A stretch of 62,073 nt of DNA, the filler included, from Sphacelaria rigidula (lineage: Eukaryota), in the NCBI GenBank assembly GCA_964200075.2. It is 8 parts of 8 records of this genome, joined end to end, with 100 filler letters (N's around TTAATTAATTAA, not from the genome) between each part and the next. Parts side by side here need not be neighbours in the genome. Positions count along the whole stretch, not along the records: positions 1 to 7,673 come from CAXNAA020013839.1; positions 7,774 to 15,445 come from CAXNAA020013840.1; 6 more parts are not named here. One strand, written 5' to 3'. Within the stretch, counting starts at the first letter, position 1, and every line of letters begins with the position of its first letter. The notes under the pieces were generated by a model, which was not told where the DNA came from, made no database searches, and saw only the letters and a list, made by a program, of their open reading frames with translations. Below, in pieces: positions 1 through 10,901 of the stretch. The translations under genes and the position numbers were made by a program.

Positions 1-120
1 ACGCTTTCCACGGTGGAAATAATACATTACGAAGAAAAACCTCAACGCATCGGGAATCGAATCCCCGTTCTCTCCACCCCAATGACGATAGTCGGACCAT
101 TACACCACCGGGGCGCGGCA
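1..120 (-). mobile_element. tRNA-derived SINE family A, copy 1 (3' end cut by contig start)
   Basis: Minus strand reads GCGCCCCGGTGGTGTAATGGTCCGAC...GGGGATTCGATTCCCGATGCG: Pol III A-box (TGGTGTAATGG) and B-box (GATTCGATTCC) followed by a non-tRNA tail. Homologous copies at ~8217, ~9655 and ~32175. Confidence 0.7.
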
Positions 121-1790
121 CCATTGGAGTCGGTCTAGGCCAAAAAGGCAGTTTTCAACAGAAAGTTTGGACGGCTCCCGTTAGAGTCGGTGCTCCCATT
201 AGAGTCGGTCGCGTAGACCGACTCTAATAGGAGCCGTTCAAAATTCCAGTTGAAAACTGCCTTTTTGGCCCTTCATCGTCGTTTTACGCCTGAAAGAGGG
301 CTAGGCGGACATTGACGCCTTGGAACGACTTGCTCTACTCAATGAGACCGCGCCAGGGCAACTTTGTATTTTCCGCTGGCTGCAATTTCATTTTTGGCCG
401 AACACGGATTTTCGATGAAAAACGGTCAAGCGATAAAAAAACAGGGGGAAATTTCGATCAACTGACCATATTTTGCTGACATTACATGTTTGGCCTAATT
501 TGGCCAAAAATAAAAGTGCGGCCAGCGGAAAATGCACAGTTGCCCTAGAACGGTCTCGACGAGTAGAGCAAGTCATTCGAAGGCGTCAACATCCGCCTAG
601 CTCTTTTCGGGCGTAGATTGACGGAGAAGGAAAACCCAAGAGGCAGTTTTCGAGAGGAATTTTGAACGACTCCCATTAGAGTTGGCCTCAGGGCGTGTCT
701 TAGCACATTGGTTTTCGATCTAAAATGTGCGGTGGAGAACAAAAATCCTGATCGGATAGGTCGTGATGTCGACCATCGTCGAAAATTGTGAAGATGGTTG
801 AAATCACGGCCTTTCAGATCAGGTTTTTTTTTTCCATCCACACATTTTCGATCGAAAACCAATGTTCTAAGGCCAACTCTTATGGGAGGGTTTATAATTA
901 TATTTTGCAATGATTTAAAACGATTTTTTTTTTTGCCGTAGTTGTGTAGTTTTTGCTCGTTCATCATGATGACGAAGAAAAAGAGAAAAGTCATCTGAAA
1001 TTGTTGCAGAATAAAATTCCAAACGCTCCCATAAGAGTTGACCTAAGACCAACTCGAATGGGAGCCGTTTAAAATTCTTGATGATCAAAACTGCCTTTTT
1101 GGCCCTTCTTCGTCGTTTCTCGCCTGAAAGAGGGTTAGGCGGATATTGACGCCTTTGAATGACTTGATCTACTCATTGAGGCCGTTCGAGGGCAACTTCC
1201 AGGGCAACTTTTGCATTTCCCGCTGGCCGCACTTTCATTTTGGGCAAAACACAGCTTCAACAAAAAACGGTCGAGCGATCAACAAAAGGGGGGAAATTTT
1301 GATCACTTGACCGTTTTACGCTGAAAACTCGGGTGTGGCCTGGTTTGGCCAAAAACAAAACTGCGGCCAGCGGGAAATACAAACGTTGCCCTAGAGCGGT
1401 CTCAACGAGTAGAGCAAGTTATTCCAAGGCGTCAACATCCGCACAGCTCTCTGAGTAAACCAAGTTATTCCAAGGCGTCAACATCCGCATAGCCCTCTTC
1501 ATGTCTTTTCGGGCGTAAATCGACGGAGAGGGGCCCAAAAGGCAGTTTACAACAGGACTTGTGAACGGCTCCCTCTATAGAGTTGGCCTAAGACACGCCC
1601 TTCGCACTTCACTTTTCGACCGAAAGAGTGCGGTCGATTTATTTTTCACCGATCTGATACGTGCACCGCATTTATGTTCCCAGAAGGCTTCCAAGTAAAA
1701 AATGAAATTCGGGGCGTGCGGAGAAGAATGCAACGAGGTTGAAAACAATCGTGTTCGATCGGAAACATGCGGTCGGAAGGCACGAAGCGG
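121..1790. repeat. Modular foldback/inverted-repeat array, probably a non-autonomous DNA transposon or its subterminal region
   Basis: ~185-bp inverted arms at ~216-400/500-688, repeated at ~1046-1250/1345-1590. A separate palindrome lies at ~699-870. Modules are bounded by the motif GGCTCCCATTAGAGTYGGYCT in alternating orientation. Confidence 0.8.
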
Positions 1791-3117
1791 CACTTGACTA
1801 TTATCTTACAGACCACCACGCCAGATAAAACCTGTTCACAGGACCATGCAAACTCCATCCAACTCATTCTGAGCTACCACCGCAATCCTGCATCATAGCG
1901 CACGAGTGAGCCCAGGGATAGATACACTGCAGTACAGTAGATGGTTATGCTTTGTTTATTTTTGTTGGCGAAAACTTCACTAGGCATCTTTTCTCATGGT
2001 GAGGATCAGCGACGGACTGCGTGGTACGGTGCGCATCCGAGTTGCGTGCACGCTCATGAACAGTGCAGGCAGCACAAAGCTGCAAGTTGCTGAAGCCCTC
2101 TTCACGTCGCATTGTAAGAAGATAAATGTAATAGTCCTGGGCTGTATGCACTACACGTTGCCCGCTTCTCTTCTACCCAAGACGCTGCTTGCATGCAATG
2201 CAGACAGTACAGACAGACAAAAAATCCGGCGCCAAAATTCACCGAACCGCGGCAAATCGGCTGTTGAATTAACCGAACCCCGAACGCCGGGAAATCGAAT
2301 TTTAGGGACACAGAAAGGCCTGCAAACAGGCAACAAAATACACAGCGCCTATGATTGTCGTTGATTGAAATCATCTTGATATTACACACGCATTTATCGC
2401 GCTTGAACGATTCAGAAGCCTATGGTGTAAGGAAAGATAAATACAATCGCGTTATCGTTTGAACGTCATGTGTTGCACATATACAAAAAGGCTGCGATTG
2501 CCGAATAATAGACAACCCAGAGAGAGACGAAGAAAAAACCAAAAAACTGCGACACCAAAGTTCACCCAACTCCAACAAATCGTTCAGAAGTCTGGTGTCT
2601 CCGGTGTTCATCGCATGTATGAATGTATACGTGAAATTTCCGTTTTTCAGAATGAAAGTGTCAGATTCACCATCAGGGCTCTGCGTATCGTCTATCACGC
2701 GCACACTTTCAGGCACTTACTGCTTGAGTCGAATGTCGAATCTCGCCCTCGTCGAACGTGAACCGTGAACGATGATGGGAAAACTTTGCACTATGTCATC
2801 AAGCTTTCGAAACGTGTCGGAGGGTGAATAGGGCTGAAGGGTTTGGTGAAATGTACTGTTCTGAGAGGAGGTCTAATTGACCCGCTTGCACGCGAGCGTT
2901 CACACGTAATCTTAGTTGAACATATATCGGTAACAGGCGCGTTCGAATAATCGCCATTTCTTTCGTGGAGAACTGATCCAAAATCTTCCCCCCACACGAT
3001 CATTCTTCAGTTTGTGTCATAAGGTAGACCCATGACTAAAAAAACAGTGTTTAACACCGGAGCTTTGCAAGTTGTGGATTTAGTCTCTTTATAGGATGAT
3101 CCTCGGGAGCCTTTATA

Positions 3118-3320
3118 GAGGTATCTCAAACTCGGCTCCCGGTGTCCTACTTGTTGGCTCTGAGGTGTCTACTATTTTTCAAGCGGAGGTGATCGTGATT
3201 CATAGGAGGACGTGACCTGGCAGTCAAGGGGTCTCATTATCTGATGAATCGCCATCACCTTCGCATGAAAAAATAGATCAAAACAGATCAGGACACTGTG
3301 AGCCGAGTTCGAGATACCCT
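3118..3320. mobile_element. MITE, GGTATCTCAAACTCG family
   Basis: ~30-bp imperfect TIRs GAGGTATCTCAAACTCGGCTCCCGGTGTCCT / AGGACACTGTGAGCCGAGTTCGAGATACCCT. Confidence 0.7.
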
Positions 3321-3674
3321 TTATGAGTATAAAAAATATTCCAGAATGAACATGCATGAACGCACTCTCGGGTGGTTTTGTGTGGCCCCACTCAGCCTCG
3401 GAAAAATCCATCCGCAGTTTGTGAAACTCTCGTCTTCATCCCGAGCAATTTCAACCTCCGTCCATTCCCGGACACAGTCGGTTTTTTATTCGCCAGATAT
3501 ACACTTGCGGATCGTTTTATTATTATTTTGAAGGGGCGAGTCCACACATCACGGCTGGATAATGCACTTGCAATTTGTTTCCGAGAATAATTATATGCTC
3601 ACGAAAGTTCACAAGGTTCATTTTCCGAGAACTATTCATCCGTAATTTGTAAAATGCGGCGCTATCGTTTTTAA

Positions 3675-3772
3675 CCCTTAGACCCCGAGGTTAGTCTTCT
3701 GTTGAATCGGCATCACTTTCAAGTGAAGAAAAATATGCATGATCCAGAAAGATTAATCTCGCGGTCTAAGGG
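3675..3772. mobile_element. 98-bp piggyBac-like MITE
   Basis: TTAA|CCCTTAGACCCCGAGGTTAGTCTTCTG ... CAGAAAGATTAATCTCGCGGTCTAAGGG|TAAA. CCCT..AGGG ends with a TTAA-type target site are characteristic of piggyBac. Confidence 0.7.
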
Positions 3773-3819
3773 TAAAGAGGATGTAAGCCGCGTTTCTTCG
3801 CAAGACCGTGCCTCACTGA

Positions 3820-3895
3820 AGGTGTCTCAAACTCGAAGTCCCCGGTATACTTGACCATTACTCAATATATCGGGCACTTCGAGTTTGAGATACCT
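3820..3895. mobile_element. Short hairpin MITE, GGTATCTCAAACTCG family
   Basis: AGGTGTCTCAAACTCGAAGTCCCCGGTATA / TATATCGGGCACTTCGAGTTTGAGATACCT inverted arms. Confidence 0.7.
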
Positions 3896-4181
3896 CCGTT
3901 CAGAGGAGAGTTTTTCACCATCTCGTCTTTTGAACATGATCATAAATACTTGGAACGTCATAATCAGGAGAAATCATCCGCCATTCTTATCGAAGGGGAA
4001 AGTTGGTCCCAGTATGATAATGTATGGTATGCAGCTCTGGTGTGTGCCTCAGGTCCGATGATGAGCCGAACGGCCCAAGCATTGCACCTCAAGTACGTTC
4101 CGTTTTGTACGTTCAACGAATTGTTCCTCCGTGTTGGGAAAAAGAATTCCAAGATGATGCGTTGTGGGCATTAGGGCTGAT

Positions 4182-4270
4182 GGGTATCTCAAACTCGACG
4201 CTCCCGGTATACAATATTCCACTGTGAATGATTGTACGCACAGGGAACGCCGAGTCTAACATACAGTCCC
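4182..4270. mobile_element. Degenerate MITE, GGTATCTCAAACTCG family
   Basis: Left end GGGTATCTCAAACTCGACGCTCCCGGTATAC matches the 3118 and 3820 copies; the right arm is decayed. Confidence 0.5.
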
Positions 4271-7200
4271 TCCATTGCTTGAAAGGGAAATGGAAGTGTG
4301 GCATCACATGAATGAACCACAACGATAAAAAACGTGGAACAGTTACAACATGAACACAATCAAAGCTCTTCCTTCAAAATGCTTTCTCGAGGACGGGCCT
4401 TGACCAAATGGGACTGATCCTTCACTGTTTCTTCTGGGAATGATGGCGCAAAGGAGGATCGTACTGCACCGTGCTTCAGTTGGGCCCCTCTTGTGCAAAA
4501 TGGCGAAGGGTTTATCGTGTTTCTCAAAAAGTCAAAAAAAAGTTTTCTAGCATTTTTTTCGTCGGCTGAAAGTAGCACTATCCAATCCGGAACATCTTAA
4601 TCAACCTCTTGAATAGTCACCTGTTAAACTGGCAGTGCCGACAAACGCTCACGCACTCCACACACGCTAAGGTATTGTCCATACCCTAGACGTGTTCTAG
4701 TCGAACAAAGCACACCAAGCAGAGTGTATTATCGGCCAAGCGCCCCAACGGCGTGCAAGTCATGTTTCTCTTTATGTTCATCTCGTCTGATATCAGGAAG
4801 CAAGGAAACCCGGCATGTCTTCAAATATTAGCCCGGGGCGAATCATGTGTCGAACCGGCATAATTTTTAGGGTATATTCTTCATGCGAGTAAACTTTGTT
4901 ACATGACAAACACAACCTATTGCTCATAGTGAGGGGTACTTTGTCGACGCCCGCACAGCGTACTCTGCGTAGATTTCCGTGTTGTTCGTGTACGACATGT
5001 GTCGTATAGCTAGCGTTCTCTTCCTCCTCGGCATCCCCGGAATGTTTTCGTCTTTACATCAACTCGAACTAAAAATCTAATCACAAGTTGTGACGGTCAG
5101 ATGTCGCATTATCCCATACGCTCAGGTTATTGGAAATACATGTGGAAGTGAACCACTTTCACATGTAGCGTAGCTCGAGGCAGGGATCGAAGCTGAGTCG
5201 CAGAGCTTTACCGGACCGCAACGGTGATGTGACGTGCACATGTACAGTACATCCGGCACAACTGTTGAAACATGTGGATCAAACGATCAAACGATGGGGC
5301 ATTTTTCGTTCTGGACGTTCTCGTGCAAGGGGTGCTACGAATCACTTTCGAATTAAGTACGTGTGCTACTTAGCACAGCCGTGCAGATAGCGTGTGCAAC
5401 TCTGCAAGCAAGGATTGAGAATGGCGTAGTCGAATCCATGAACACCCAGTGTGCCACACCAGCAGATCGCCCTACCCTCTCGAGCGCTCTCCTTCTACTT
5501 TAGGGACGAGAACAACTCATTGGCTATGCGTAGCTATCGTAGCTCTGAACTGGACTGGTGGACATTCTGCACAGCACACAAGCTCAAACTATGTATTTAT
5601 AAAAAAACCCACAAGCACAGCGGTCTGGGCCTACCTTCTGCCTCTTTCTTGTCTCCTGTGATGCTCGTTGCTGTAGCTACCCGGCAGATTGAAAATTGTG
5701 AAATGAAGCACCGGGGGCAGTAATTCCTGACCGTGGGAGTGCTGTGAGAGGAGAGGGCGGAATAGGTAGCAGGGGGATGGAAATACCTACGGAAACATTA
5801 TGTTCCGGAAATCATCGGGATCTTGGGAAAAATTGAACATCTCCATCGCTTGACGGTTGAGATTGAAATTCAAAAATTGACCTACAACTTTACGAAATGG
5901 ATGACGGATGAGAACAATAGCGCCGAAAGAAACAGCCGCGGGTGACCGTTCACGTTTCTCAACGGACAGACTTACCCGCTCATGTACGGTACGCGTGCCT
6001 GTACGTTCTTTCTACTTCTCTGCGCTTTGCATTTACTGCTGCCACCTCGGTAGTTGCTCAATTTTTACTTCAAGAATTCCCGTATGACCCAGACAACCTA
6101 CCCTTGCGATCAACGGGTTGAAATGAAATTTGTCTGAAATAGTCCCTAGAGTATAACAACGGCCACCGTAGAAGGTCCTCGCAGCAAAGTGTGGCGTGTT
6201 CCTCACAGCACACGCCGCCTCTAAATCAAGATCCTGGTGGCGAACAACATCGATTTCCGCCCAGCAGAATCACTCATACGATCCGTACTACTACTGGTCC
6301 GCGTAGACCAGGGAGGATGTGTATTGCCGCAAAACGCGCCGATATCGGTGGTACCTGTTGACCTCCAGCATCGTCTGAGAACAGATTTATCATCTGACAA
6401 GGCAGTACGAGTAGGGGCTTCGACATCTTCGACGACGGGGCTCTTGGGGCCCGCGCACCTTTTCCTATTTCTTTCCAGGTCAATTATGCGTCCTTGCAGG
6501 GAATGTTTTGATAAGGCATCGGGCATGAAGAGGGGGGACTTGGCCAGTTCGAAAGTTCTGTTTCTGTTTCGTGATATGATCCACCACGTTATTCCCTTAC
6601 AAATCTCCTAGTATCGCCCACCTCCAAGGTAAGGTGAAGCTGCATTTTCCCATTTGATCGTCATGAGAAGACACGCGAAAAGCGGGGGCTTTTGCAAAGC
6701 GTACGTGCCCTGCAGTCCTTACCGCCTACGCACACCCGCTTGCTGTGTTGTAACGAGCTACGCACTGTTGTTTTATGACATTGAGCAGAATCAGAACCTG
6801 CGGATGGAGCCAGTCTTCACTGTATTGTGTGCGGTGGAGGGCGAGGAGTTTCGCTCACCTGCTGAAAGAGGAAAAAAAAACAAGCTTCGGGCGAATCATC
6901 GCTAGGGGTAAAAACCGAATTTACGGTTTCTGGAGCCTGACTGCTCGAAAGAGAAGAATAGATTGACCGCGGATACAAACCGTTTCCGCGCAATTTTGCA
7001 CCATCCCACATGCCTGGTGTGCTCGTACCTGAGGTGCACCGGTGTAAACAAAGCCCTCGGATTAATTCGCACGCCACGAATCAATTCCTCCAAAAACGAG
7101 TTGTTTTCAGACGAGTAATTACTCGTTCGTCCCTTGAAAGGTTTCCACCAAAGGTACACGAAATTGTCTGTTGACCCCATCAAAGCCCCAAGAATTGAAA

Positions 7201-7454
7201 TATGACAGAGGATCCTGAAAAATGGAGTCCACCATCTCAAAAGTAAGGTTCAAGTGGCATTTTGCTTTTGCAGGGATGACGGGAAACACTTACGAACGAG
7301 CGGAGCCATTCCCCCCCCCAGATGTCCGCAGCCGTTTAGCAGCTGTGGCTAGGTGCACCTAACGAATGCGGTGTACACGCGTGTCGATAACGACATCACC
7401 AGAGAGAGAAGCAGTGACAGAGAGGAAGCTCCTCGCCCGTGTCCTTTGTGTGTC

Positions 7455-7673
7455 CTAATAGAAAATGAGACTGTGGGGCATACTCTCGTAAACGCTTCCT
7501 ATGGTGTTGCATTCGTATGGGGGCATTGTATGGATCGCCGGTACTGCTCACGATGGTCTGGTCTGATATGAAGCGTAGCAGTAGTCGGCTTGCTCCCACT
7601 CTCCTCGGTTGACCGTTCAACACGGTGGGTTGTTTGGACTGTCTTGCCCGCAAGCGGCATCTTGAACACTATC
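7455..7673 (+). mobile_element. LTR fragment related to the solo LTR at 24639-24976
   Basis: Colinear similarity: TAGAAAATGAG..AACGCTTC.TATG..GGATCGC.GGTAC..TGACCGT..GGTGGGT..TGTCTTGCCC..AAGCGGCA.CTTGAACACTAT. Truncated by the contig end. Confidence 0.65.
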
Positions 7674-7773
7674 NNNNNNNNNNNNNNNNNNNNNNNNNNN
7701 NNNNNNNNNNNNNNNNNTTAATTAATTAANNNNNNNNNNNNNNNNNNNNNNNNNNNNNNNNNNNNNNNNNNNN
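7674..7773. other. Artificial contig linker
   Basis: N44 + TTAATTAATTAA (stops in six frames) + N44. Confidence 0.98.
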
Positions 7774-8216
7774 TGTTGTATCCTTGTGGTACTTTTTTCT
7801 ACCCCCGCCCCCCCTCTTTTCTTTTTCTTTTTTCGCCGTTTCTTTCCTCCCCCCCCCCCCCTTTTTTTTTCCTTCTCCGTGGCGCACGTTTAATTCCTCC
7901 CCTTCCTCTCCCTCACACTTGAGTGTTGAAGGTGTCTTTATTAGGGGTAGAAACTGTGCTCCGACTCGAAAGGAATGCGTGGTCAATGGTCAAACGACGA
8001 AGGCAAGCAGTAAGTAAGTACCCCCCCCCCCCTCTCTTCCTTCCCCTCGGGACACTCCTTTGTCTCCGTAGTCTCTGCGGATGAACCCATATCTCTCCCG
8101 GTATGTTACACGCCTCACAATTCGGTATCGTGGATTAATTGCTTGATTGGATCAACATTCCCGCACCGGGCCGTTTCTGATAATTGCATCAACTACATTT
8201 GTTTCCCTACTAAAAT

Positions 8217-8360
8217 ACTCACGTACGTCCTCACCTTTTCAACCGCGAAGCTCGGGTTTTTTTCCCTGGAATATTCCTAGATGCGTCTGCCGAGAATCAA
8301 TCTCGCGGTATCTTCCAATCTAATGGCTTTAGTTGTATCATTACACCACCGGGAGGGTGG
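8217..8360 (-). mobile_element. SINE family A, diverged copy 2
   Basis: Shares ACTCACGT at one end and CATTACACCACCGGG at the other with the other copies. Confidence 0.55.
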
Positions 8361-8404
8361 GGGGCGGCACCATGCACCATTACACTCCTCCCCCCTCTAC
8401 TCTA

Positions 8405-9030
8405 CGGGGGGTGGAGTGGAGGACCTCGACTCCGCGCGTATCGTGCAGTGGTTACATGGTGAGGCACCCATTAAGCAGTGCAACCCGTGGTTGTCTGTCG
8501 AAGTGGCGATACCAGAAAATAGAGCAACTGGTTCGAGGCTATCAGTACGCAAGATAAGCATCGTCGCACCCTTTGAGCCAAACAATCTTTCAAGGGTCGG
8601 ACGAATTAATGATTGGTCTGGAAATTACTTGATTCTAGTGTAATTGATTCGTACCGTACGAATCAATCCTTACGCTTTGTTCTCAGAATTGCAATCCAGG
8701 TACGCGCAGCCCAGGCACGCGGAATTGTGCAATAATTGAGTGGAGACCTGTTTGACCAGCGGTCGATTTTTTTCTCTCTTTCGAGCAATCAGGCATGAGA
8801 AGTCGCGGATTTGGTTTTCCGAACCGGCAATGATTCATCCGAACCGTGCAATCTTCGTAGAATGAAGCTCACCCCTAATGCGGCTCGCGGAACACATTCA
8901 CGGCGCTTCGCGCTTGGTAATTGCAAGCCTGGCCCGGCAAACACCCGGCGTGCTACGCCCCGGCTTTTTAGGGATGCGAGGTCAATGGTTTTATGATGTA
9001 TTTATTTCTTTTGTCGCACTTTGAGCCCCT
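8405..9030 (+). mobile_element. Interspersed repeat family B (SINE/LINE-tail-like), interrupted by a hAT-like MITE
   Basis: Colinear with 38862-39175 and 42545-42912 (GAAGTGGYGATACCASAAAAT ... CCCGGCTTT.TAGGGATGCGAGGTCAATGG). Tail-only copies at ~7960-8020 and ~9855-9910. Confidence 0.7.
8591..8848. mobile_element. hAT-like MITE with 8-bp TSD
   Basis: TIRs CAAGGGTCGGACGAAT / ATTCATCCGAACCGTG. Flanks CAATCTTT (8583-8590) and CAATCTTC (8849-8856). Absent from the other family B copies. Confidence 0.7.
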
Positions 9031-9654
9031 CCCCTTCCTCGGGAAGAATACGTGTTCTGAAGGAATCAACACATGTATCCCCGGTACACGCCTTGCACTC
9101 CCGCACGGCGTCAACTCTCGTCAAACAACTCAGTCAACTACTTCTTTGGGCTTTTTTTTCATCATGTGTTTCATTGCTCTTATATTTATGTTCAAAAGGG
9201 AAGATTATGCGACGCTTCATGCGTATTTTGGTGGAATACGCGCGACTTATGCGCCTTTTTCGCGTCCTTGTCGTGGCGAGAGCTGCTGTCTGATGTGAAA
9301 TATGACACATTTATTTCTTCTTCATCACCTTCACATGAACACAGAGTAGTTTACATACAGCACAACAACCGATATTAGACCCGCAACGAAGTTGAAAAAA
9401 CAAACGAACACGAACGCCACGCCACGCCACGCCACAGGGAGCACCCGTGAGCAGCTACTAGCTGCTGGGGAGGGGGTGCATGATCCTGCTGGTGTACCAA
9501 ATGCGCCAAGTTATGCGTAAAACTTGGCTTTCATGCCTTTATTATCCTGAAATCTCGGAAAACATATTTGAAAAAAAATAATGCGTAACTTATGCGCAAA
9601 ACTCCGTTTTATGCGAAATTATATGCGCGCATAAGAAACGAGAGCCTACACTTT

Positions 9655-9800
9655 TATTATTTACTCACGTTCTCACGCTTCCGACGGTGAAGATCATGTA
9701 CTCCGAAATCAAAACCAAACGCATCGGGAATGGAACCCACGTACTGCCCACCCTCATGGTGGCAGTCGGACCATTTTTATTAATACTACCGGGACGCGGC
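9655..9800 (-). mobile_element. SINE family A, copy 3
   Basis: Matches 1-120 (AACGCATCGGGAAT.GAA.CC..., AGTCGGACCAT). A-rich 3' tail GAGTAAATAATAAAAG on the minus strand. Confidence 0.7.
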
Positions 9801-9967
9801 GGCATGGCTACGGCACGCATAGTCACGAGCACCCCCCCCCCACACCCCGCGCCCATCTCGAAAGGGATGCGTGGTCAATGGTCACACGACTAAGGCAAGC
9901 AACAAATGAATACGCCCCCGCCCCACGCCGCCACACCTCCCTCCACACCTCCCGTACCCTTATGCAG

Positions 9968-10178
9968 TCACTGGCACTCAAACGGTTGGAGGGTGTCAGA
10001 ACGAGCGCCCTGCATTGTGTACATGCACGGGAACTCTTCGGCGAGGCTCGAGGCCATTCCGCAGTTGACCCTCGCTCTGAGTCTAGGGGCCAGTCTGGTC
10101 GCGTTCGACTTCTCGGGCAGCGGGCTGAGCGAGGGGGATTATGTCAGCCTGGGGTACTACGAAAAAGACGACGTGAAG
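9968..10178 (+). CDS. Alpha/beta-hydrolase (YqkD/ABHD-like), internal exon
   Basis: cag|...|gt exon encoding SHW..PCIVYMHGNSSARLEA..LVAFDFSGSGLSEGDYVSLGYYEKDDVK, with the HGN oxyanion and DFSGSGLS motifs. Confidence 0.9.
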
Positions 10179-10313
10179 GTGTGTGTGTATGTTTGCGTGT
10201 GTGATTAATTAAAACAAGAAACGGGGAGAATAATCTTTATTTTATTTTATTTTTTCCCAAGGGTCTACACATTCGTTACACTTGTTATGTCCACGTTTCA
10301 TGGCACAAGTCGC

Positions 10314-10442
10314 CAAAAGTTAAGCCAGGCTAGTACTACGGTGGGGGACCACGTGGGGAGCCCTGATTTGACTTGACTTTTGAACAGGTCTCCTCACGTG
10401 GTCCCCGTCCCCCACCGTAGTACTAGCCTGGCTTAACTTTTG
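10314..10442. repeat. Near-perfect intronic hairpin
   Basis: 36-bp perfect inverted repeat CAAAAGTTAAGCCAGGCTAGTACTACGGTGGGGGAC, with further pairing inside. Confidence 0.9.
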
Positions 10443-10476
10443 ACGTGAAACTTTACACGACGTGACACGTCACGTG

Positions 10477-10901
10477 CACACCCTGGACAGAATATAGTCA
10501 ATAGATGCAAAAGACAAGAAATTTACTGGATAAAGTATAGGGCCTATTGCAACTATTGATGGCCGACAACAGTTGCAATAGGTCTACACTTTACCCTGTA
10601 TACTTATTGTCTATTGCAGAGTGATGCTACGGCAGGGGTACAGAAATAATTTCTGAGCTTAGAATTGTTAGGAGCCCCTTATCTCATCCAGAACACGACT
10701 TATGGAAATATGCGAGAGTACGCCAGGATTACTACTCCAATGTGCTGGGGGGATATCCCGAATTAATCTGCAAACGGGGATGCCCTGGCCCGTATTCTTG
10801 TGTGTCTAGAATCGTTAGGAGCCCCTGAGCCAGACAAAATTTTGCGAAAAAAGTGCACCCCTACCGTAGCATTGCTCTGCACCTATTGGTCATACGTTGT
10901 C
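10477..10901. mobile_element. Palindromic MITE (same family as 45105-45274) carrying a nested insertion
   Basis: CACACCCTGGACA..GTCAATAGATGCAA.AGAC..TTGCAACT..AGTTGCAATAGG matches the 45105 copy; the match resumes at 10882. Confidence 0.75.
10619..10877. mobile_element. Non-autonomous Sola-like element (GAG...CTC ends, 4-bp TSD TGCA)
   Basis: TGCA|GAGTGATGCTACGGCAGGGGTACA ... TGCACCCCTACCGTAGCATTGCTC|TGCA. The uninterrupted host MITE has a single equivalent site. Confidence 0.65.

Noticed and set aside
1-120. Functional tRNA genes (also ~9720-9800, ~32230-32305, ~54485-54560)
   Set aside because: Boxes are present but no convincing acceptor stem; copies are diverged and the family A copies share a non-tRNA tail, so a SINE is more likely.
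121-1590. CRISPR-like repeat/spacer array
   Set aside because: Repeats alternate in orientation, spacing is irregular (20-500 bp), the spacers are themselves repeats, there are no cas genes and the context is eukaryotic.
6221-7240. Several 80-124 aa ORFs and splice-like sites in contig 1
   Set aside because: No recognisable motif and no consistent exon chain could be built on either strand.
7718-7729. TTAATTAATTAA as a biological motif
   Set aside because: Always centred in exactly 44+44 Ns; a standard six-frame-stop linker.
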